64,000 nucleotides of DNA from Minisyncoccota bacterium. Its GTDB lineage: Bacteria; Patescibacteriota; Minisyncoccia; Phycocordibacterales; UBA9973. The stretch covers positions 4,020 through 68,019 of the forward strand of contig DAOQAL010000001.1 of assembly GCA_035353995.1 (NCBI GenBank). Reading direction: 5' to 3'. Below the pieces are notes generated by a model, which made no database searches, was not told the DNA's origin, and was given only the letters and a program-made list of their open reading frames with translations. Position numbers and translations under genes: made by a program. This document shows, piece by piece, positions 59,206-64,000 of the stretch (positions are counted from its first letter, which is position 1; each line of letters opens with the position of its first letter).

Positions 59206-59291
59206 AGTTTACCTTCAGACTGTAATATTGTTCTCTACCTTATCTCTTAAAAGAAATCAGGTGAACACTACTATCTGTCTAAAGGCAAACT
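59206..59291 (-). promoter_or_regulatory. Long leader hairpin upstream of pnp (RNase III-site-like)
   Basis: agtttgcctttagac pairs with gtctgaaggtaaact (15 bp), continued by inner helices. Confidence 0.7.
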
Positions 59292-59373
59292 TATTAACTA
59301 ATAAATACTAGGCTTATAGTAGCATTTTAAAGGTAAAATGCAAAAGAAAAACTATTATATCTTTGATAAATCA

Positions 59374-59411
59374 AAGAGCCCCTATGCAAGCTAGCTTGCA
59401 TAGGGGCTCTT
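59374..59411. repeat. 38-bp perfect palindrome downstream of the NYN gene
   Basis: aagagcccctatgcaagct/agcttgcataggggctctt. Confidence 0.8.
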
Positions 59412-59423
59412 GTAAGCTAGGTT

Positions 59424-59930
59424 TTATTTAACTCCCATTAAATATTTCTTTGGATTTTCAGACATATCTATGAAATCATCTGCTGTTTCGCGAAGTTTTG
59501 CGGAAGTAGATTTTCCAAAAGACATGACTTCAACTTGAGTCATTGTTTCTAAGTATTGTACAAGTGGTACAAAGTCACCATCACCTGAAACTATTACGAT
59601 AGTGTCTAGCCTTGGTGCTGTTTTAATAGCATCAACGGCAAGACCAACGTCCCAATCTCCTTTTTTTGTTCCTGTATGAAAAATCTGTAAATCTTTTGTC
59701 TTGGTTTCAATTCCAAGCTTAGTAAGCGCTTCAAAAAAATGTTTTTCATCACCTGCTTCTGTCCTAATGACATAAGCTACTGCATGCACTAATTTTCTTC
59801 CAGCTACTGCTTCTTTCAAAACAGCACCGAAATTAACTCTTGCTTTATATAAATTTCGAGCGGAATGATATAAATTTTGTGTATCTATAAAAACTCCAAC
59901 TCTTTGTTCTTTGTGTTTAATTACTGTCAT
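59424..59930 (-). CDS. NYN domain (LabA/DUF88) protein
   Basis: FID.QNLY, K.DWDV.LAVD, VSGDGDF.PL, S..L...AD.F. Confidence 0.92.
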   Translation of the reverse strand: MTVIKHKEQRVGVFIDTQNLYHSARNLYKARVNFGAVLKEAVAGRKLVHAVAYVIRTEAGDEKHFFEALTKLGIETKTKDLQIFHTGTKKGDWDVGLAVDAIKTAPRLDTIVIVSGDGDFVPLVQYLETMTQVEVMSFGKSTSAKLRETADDFIDMSENPKKYLMGVK

Positions 59931-60018
59931 ATATAAAAATTAAATTATTAAATTATAAAATCGACCAATAGAAAAAGTATAGCATAAAAGCTACATAAAA
60001 TTTATGTATCAAAAACAC

Positions 60019-60282
60019 TTAGTTTAAATCCATCTTCTTTAGAAGAGCATTGTAACGAGTTTTATCTTTACGTTCCAAATACTTTAAATGAGTACGCCTA
60101 TCAGCTACCATTTTTATAAGACCTCGGCGTGAATGATTATCTTTTTTATGTTTCTTTAAATGTTTTGTAAGTTCAGCGATTTGAGTAGACAAAACAGCCA
60201 CCTGCACCTCAGGAGAACCTGTATCTTTCTCGTGAATCCTGTTTTTCTTTATGATTAATTGCTTTTTCTTTGTTGCTAACAT
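60019..60282 (-). CDS. rpsO: 30S ribosomal protein S15
   Basis: DTGSPEVQVA.L, HL..HKKDNHSRRGL. Confidence 0.98.
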   Translation of the reverse strand: MLATKKKQLIIKKNRIHEKDTGSPEVQVAVLSTQIAELTKHLKKHKKDNHSRRGLIKMVADRRTHLKYLERKDKTRYNALLKKMDLN

Positions 60283-60360
60283 ACTTATTATACTAGCATA
60301 AACCGTTAAAAATTGCAAGACCCATGGTTACGTCGCACAATGTTGTGTTAAACTATAAGT

Positions 60361-61278
60361 GTGGCAACAGAAATAGACAATTTAAAAAGAGAGTTTTTGG
60401 AATATCTAGAAATTGAAAAAGGTTCTAGTTTAAAAACTGTTGAAAATTACGAAAGGTATTTAAATAGATTTTTAGAATTTGGAAAAATAACAAAACCAAA
60501 AGATATTACAGATTCAGTAGTTCGAGAATTTCGACTTTTTTTAAATCGTCAAGCATCTGGAAACAACAGAGCAACTGGTGAAACTTTAAAAAAGAAAACT
60601 CAAAATTATTATTTGATAGGTTTAAGAATTTTTCTAAAATATTTGGCAAAACATAAAATAGAAAGTTTGCCAGCAGAAAGAATAGAGCTTGCAAAAGTTC
60701 CAGAGCGTTCACTTGATTTAATAGATCCAGACGAACTGAACCGATTACTAGTAGCGCCGGATGGAAACAGTATCAAATCTCTTAGAGACAGAGCAATACT
60801 GTATCTTCTTTTTTCAACTGGACTTCGCGTATCTGAACTTTGCTCTTTGACGAGAGATATAAATTTTTCATCTGGAGAATTTTCAATACGTGGAAAAGGA
60901 GGAAAGGTTAGAGTCGTTTTTATTTCTGATGAAGCAAAAAAAACTATCAGCGATTATTTGAAAGAAAGAAAAGATATGGATGATGCTCTTTTTGTAAAAG
61001 TTGGAGATGAAAAAAGTAAAAATGAAAAAGAAGGATTGTCTCGTAGGTCGATAGAAAGAATTGTAAAACACTACGCTATAAAAGCTGGGATTTCAAAAAA
61101 AGTTACACCGCATGTTATAAGACATTGTTTCGCTACAGACTTACTTTCGAATGGAGCAGACATTCGTTCTGTACAAATAATGCTTGGACATTCAAACATA
61201 GCAACAACACAAATATACACACACGTTACAGATAAGCAATTACGTGAAGTACACAAAAAATTTCACAGTAGCAAATAA
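60361..61278 (+). CDS. Xer-family tyrosine recombinase
   Basis: RDRAIL..LFSTGLRVSEL, GKGGK.R, TPH..RH.FAT, LGH..I.TTQIY. Confidence 0.93.
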   Translation: MATEIDNLKREFLEYLEIEKGSSLKTVENYERYLNRFLEFGKITKPKDITDSVVREFRLFLNRQASGNNRATGETLKKKTQNYYLIGLRIFLKYLAKHKIESLPAERIELAKVPERSLDLIDPDELNRLLVAPDGNSIKSLRDRAILYLLFSTGLRVSELCSLTRDINFSSGEFSIRGKGGKVRVVFISDEAKKTISDYLKERKDMDDALFVKVGDEKSKNEKEGLSRRSIERIVKHYAIKAGISKKVTPHVIRHCFATDLLSNGADIRSVQIMLGHSNIATTQIYTHVTDKQLREVHKKFHSSK

Positions 61279-61295
61279 ATTAGTATAATAAAGAA

Positions 61296-61943
61296 ATGCA
61301 ATATCACGAACATAAAAAATATTTCGAAGTAGCTTACAAAAATGGTGCTGATATCTGGACTCATTTACCTATAGAAGCACGAGGAGAAAAACTAACGGAA
61401 AGATTAAAAATGGGATCTTATATTTTAGATATTGGTTCAGGAAGAGGACTTTTTGCAAAACAATTAGCTGATAATGGTTACAAAGTTGTTGGTATAGATT
61501 TTGAAAAAAATATAGTTGAAAAAGCAAATTCTCAAATAAAAGATTGGGGACTTTTTGGAAAATTAAAATTTATTGAAGCTGATGTATTAGACATACCACT
61601 AACAGATGAAAGTTTTGATGGCATTTGCGATTTTGGTTTACTAGAAAATTTATATCATGAAGATTGGGAACAATATGCAAATGAAATAACAAGAGTTTTA
61701 AAACCTGGAGGATTTTATTTGAATGTTTCTTTATCTAGAGAGACTCAAAAATTTTTTGAATTTAATCCCAAAAATTCTCTAAGTGGAGAATTCCAAAAAT
61801 ATGGTGTTCATTATCATTTTTTTGACAAAGAAGAAATGGAAAAAATATTTGCTGGAAAATTAAAAATAATTTCTCAAGAAAACAAACATATCTCACAAAA
61901 ACCAGCTGATACTATTTTACTTGAAACACTTTTTCAAAAATAA
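61296..61943 (+). CDS. Class I SAM-dependent methyltransferase
   Basis: ILDIGSGRG, GIDF, RVLKPGG. Confidence 0.92.
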   Translation: MQYHEHKKYFEVAYKNGADIWTHLPIEARGEKLTERLKMGSYILDIGSGRGLFAKQLADNGYKVVGIDFEKNIVEKANSQIKDWGLFGKLKFIEADVLDIPLTDESFDGICDFGLLENLYHEDWEQYANEITRVLKPGGFYLNVSLSRETQKFFEFNPKNSLSGEFQKYGVHYHFFDKEEMEKIFAGKLKIISQENKHISQKPADTILLETLFQK

Positions 61944-61959
61944 AAGCTGTGAAACATAT

Positions 61960-62730
61960 ATGAAAATAATTTCTTGGAACACAAATGGATTACGTGCAAC
62001 TGCAAAACAAGGCTTCTTTATTCCATTATTTAAACAACAAAATCCTGATATTGTTTGTTTTCAAGAAACAAAAGTTGAACCAGATCAATTAGAAGAATCA
62101 GTGAGAAACATTCCAATGTTTCACTCTTACTTCTCATATTCAAAGTTAAAAAAAGGATATAGTGGTGTTGCAATTTATACAAAAGAAAAACCAAGAGAAG
62201 TTTTTTATGGAATGGGAATAAAAAAATTTGATGATGAAGGAAGAATGGTTGGAATAAAATGTAAAAATTTTACATTAATAAACTGTTACTTCCCTAATGG
62301 TGGTGCAGGTCCAGATCGACTAAAATATAAATTAGAATTTTATGAAAGTTTTTTAAAATTTATTTTAAAACTTCGTAAGAATGGTGAGAATGTTATTTTT
62401 TGTGGAGATGTAAATACTTCTCACAAAGAAATAGACTTAGCTCGCCCAAAAGAAAATATAGAGAATACTGGATTCTTACCCATCGAACGTGCTTGGATTG
62501 ATAAAGTAATAAAAAATAATTTTGTAGATATTTTTAGAAAATTTTATCCAAATAAAATTGGTGCATATACGTACTGGGATCAAAAAACAAGAGCTCGTGA
62601 TCGTAATGTAGGGTGGCGTTTAGATTATTTTTTTGCTGACAAAAAAATCACAACAAAAATAAAAAACACAGGTATGCTATCAAATTATTATGGATCAGAT
62701 CATTGTCCTATTTGGATTGAAATTAGTTAA
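61960..62730 (+). CDS. xth: Exodeoxyribonuclease III / AP endonuclease
   Basis: ISWN.NG, QETK, GYSGVA, EGR, GDVN, GWRLDY, SDHCP. Confidence 0.96.
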   Translation: MKIISWNTNGLRATAKQGFFIPLFKQQNPDIVCFQETKVEPDQLEESVRNIPMFHSYFSYSKLKKGYSGVAIYTKEKPREVFYGMGIKKFDDEGRMVGIKCKNFTLINCYFPNGGAGPDRLKYKLEFYESFLKFILKLRKNGENVIFCGDVNTSHKEIDLARPKENIENTGFLPIERAWIDKVIKNNFVDIFRKFYPNKIGAYTYWDQKTRARDRNVGWRLDYFFADKKITTKIKNTGMLSNYYGSDHCPIWIEIS

Positions 62731-62780
62731 CAATATAGAGGGTTCCCTTTTGGGAAAATTATTAGATTAATAAAAAAAAT

Positions 62781-62945
62781 ATGATTGAAGGAAATTGGAA
62801 AAAACTTCCAGAAGAAATAAAAACTATAAAACCTAAAAAGTTAGAAAAACAAAAAACAGACTATGAGATAGAAGAAGAAATTGAACAGGAGAAAAAAGAA
62901 GATTCGGGATGGAAAAAGTTAGATCCAAAAAATTATAAAATTTAA
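62781..62945 (+). CDS. Small charged hypothetical protein (54 aa, below the ORF-track cutoff)
   Basis: MIEGNWKKLPEE...DSGWKKLDPKNYKI*, with codon usage like its neighbours. Confidence 0.5.
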   Translation: MIEGNWKKLPEEIKTIKPKKLEKQKTDYEIEEEIEQEKKEDSGWKKLDPKNYKI

Positions 62946-62954
62946 GAGATATTT

Positions 62955-63770
62955 TTATATTTCTACAACCTCCGATTTTGTATTTTTCCCAAACCACTTT
63001 TCTGTTAGATTGGCGACATTTTTTGTCATATCTGTAAATAAAATTTTAGTTGTTCTTTTTTTAGATAATTGTTTTTCGATTTCAGGATGTCGCATAAAAT
63101 AATTTTTTAATTTTTTAGGAATGAGTTCATCTTGAGAAATAACTTTAACTTTCGATCCAGTGATTTTTCTTATTTCATTTTTGAAAAAAGGATAATGAGT
63201 ACAACCAAGAGCTATTGCTTCTGGTTTTTTATTTAACAATGGTTTCAAATATTTTACTAAAAATGGTTTCGCCAAAACCTTCTCCCCTTCTTCAGCAAGT
63301 GGCACTAAAATAGGTGCAGAGTTTTGAAAAACTTTTGTTATACAAATAGGTGAATTAATTTTCAAATTAACTTTTTTTATTTCTTCTGGAAAAGTATTTG
63401 AATCAATTGTGCCATTAGTTCCTAGCACTCCAACACTTTTAAATTTTCCGCACTCTTCAGCAGTTGGAATTAAAACTCCAAGTACTTTTCTATCTGGAAA
63501 ATTTTTTATTAAATATTCTTGTTGTATTCTACGTAATGCTCTTGCTGAAGCTGTATTGCAAGCAACAATAACAATTGCACAATTTTCTTTTCTAAATAAA
63601 AAATCTACAGCTTGTTTTGTAAATTCAAAAACAGTTTCGTAAGAACGATTTCCATACGGAACTCTTTTTGTATCACCTAAATATACATAATCATATTCTG
63701 GCATAGATTTTTTAATTGCTCTTGCCAGGATAAGTCCACCTAAACCAGAATCAAAAATTCCTATCTTCAT
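62955..63770 (-). CDS. murI: Glutamate racemase
   Basis: IGIFDSGLGG, PYG, ACNTAS, LGCTHYP. Confidence 0.97.
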   Translation of the reverse strand: MKIGIFDSGLGGLILARAIKKSMPEYDYVYLGDTKRVPYGNRSYETVFEFTKQAVDFLFRKENCAIVIVACNTASARALRRIQQEYLIKNFPDRKVLGVLIPTAEECGKFKSVGVLGTNGTIDSNTFPEEIKKVNLKINSPICITKVFQNSAPILVPLAEEGEKVLAKPFLVKYLKPLLNKKPEAIALGCTHYPFFKNEIRKITGSKVKVISQDELIPKKLKNYFMRHPEIEKQLSKKRTTKILFTDMTKNVANLTEKWFGKNTKSEVVEI

Positions 63771-63867
63771 ATTTTTTATCTTAACACATTTTTTTTATTT
63801 CTTGTTTTGCTTTTTTCTAAAATTTGTGTTATTATTATAATGTTTATAAACATAACTTATAAAACAT

Positions 63868-64000
63868 ATGCTCAAGAGAATAGAATGTTTAGTCTCAGCA
63901 CAAAGAGTTGGTTATAGTTATCTCCTTTGGATTGGCAAGACTGCTATTAGTTTGGGTTTAAAAGGTCTAGCTTTTATAAAAGACGATGGTAGCATACAGA
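63868..64000 (+). CDS. Acylphosphatase-like protein (runs off the window end)
   Basis: MLKRIECLVS...A..LGLKG....DDGSI pattern; canonical VQGVGFR motif is absent. Confidence 0.5.
   Translation, partial: MLKRIECLVSAQRVGYSYLLWIGKTAISLGLKGLAFIKDDGSIQ

Noticed and set aside
60361-61943. Integron or prophage integrase with cargo
   Set aside because: The protein looks like a chromosomal Xer recombinase, and I see no IntI insertion, attC sites, phage genes or adjacent tRNA.
665-63642. Many 60-135 aa antisense or alternate-frame ORFs in the track
   Set aside because: They are shadows of well-supported genes and show no independent motifs.
1-64000. Alternative genetic code (UGA=Gly) as in Gracilibacteria/Absconditabacteria
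   Set aside because: Conserved genes are full length under code 11, and TGA serves as a stop in ATGA overlaps (for example 4598 and 34960).

Overview
AT-rich, gene-dense bacterial chromosome segment using genetic code 11. Gene content, compact proteins and scarcity of Shine-Dalgarno sites point to a Patescibacteria/CPR (Parcubacteria, Nomurabacteria-like) genome; this is inference. Most of the window is housekeeping: recA, efp, rpsF-ssb-rpsR, four aminoacyl-tRNA synthetases, recO, recJ, rnhA, nusA, tig, clpP, rny, hup, pnp, rpsO, xer, xth, murI, pgk/tpi and an H+-PPase. It also holds a type IV pilus/competence set (pilB, pilC, minor pilins, split comEC, comM) and a large repeat surface protein. 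The most notable signals are: (1) a ~550-nt GC-enriched, nested-helix candidate large ncRNA with its own promoter and terminator between ileS and argS; (2) an ileS T-box riboswitch with an ultrashort Stem I plus a terminator; (3) an EamA exporter / Cys-rich protein / unknown enzyme-like protein / 7TM histidine kinase cassette that may be a signalling system; (4) about 20 genes with a -10 box 6-7 nt before the start codon, suggesting widespread leaderless mRNAs; (5) a GXHH-type IleRS with an inserted histidine-phosphatase domain and REP-like in-frame inserts; (6) a RAYT transposase with REP palindromes and an inverted-repeat-flanked GIY-YIG gene in a LexA-boxed operon; (7) leader hairpins on pnp and nusA; (8) Bacteroidetes-style orphan lipoproteins. 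All calls were made by eye and no database search was run.
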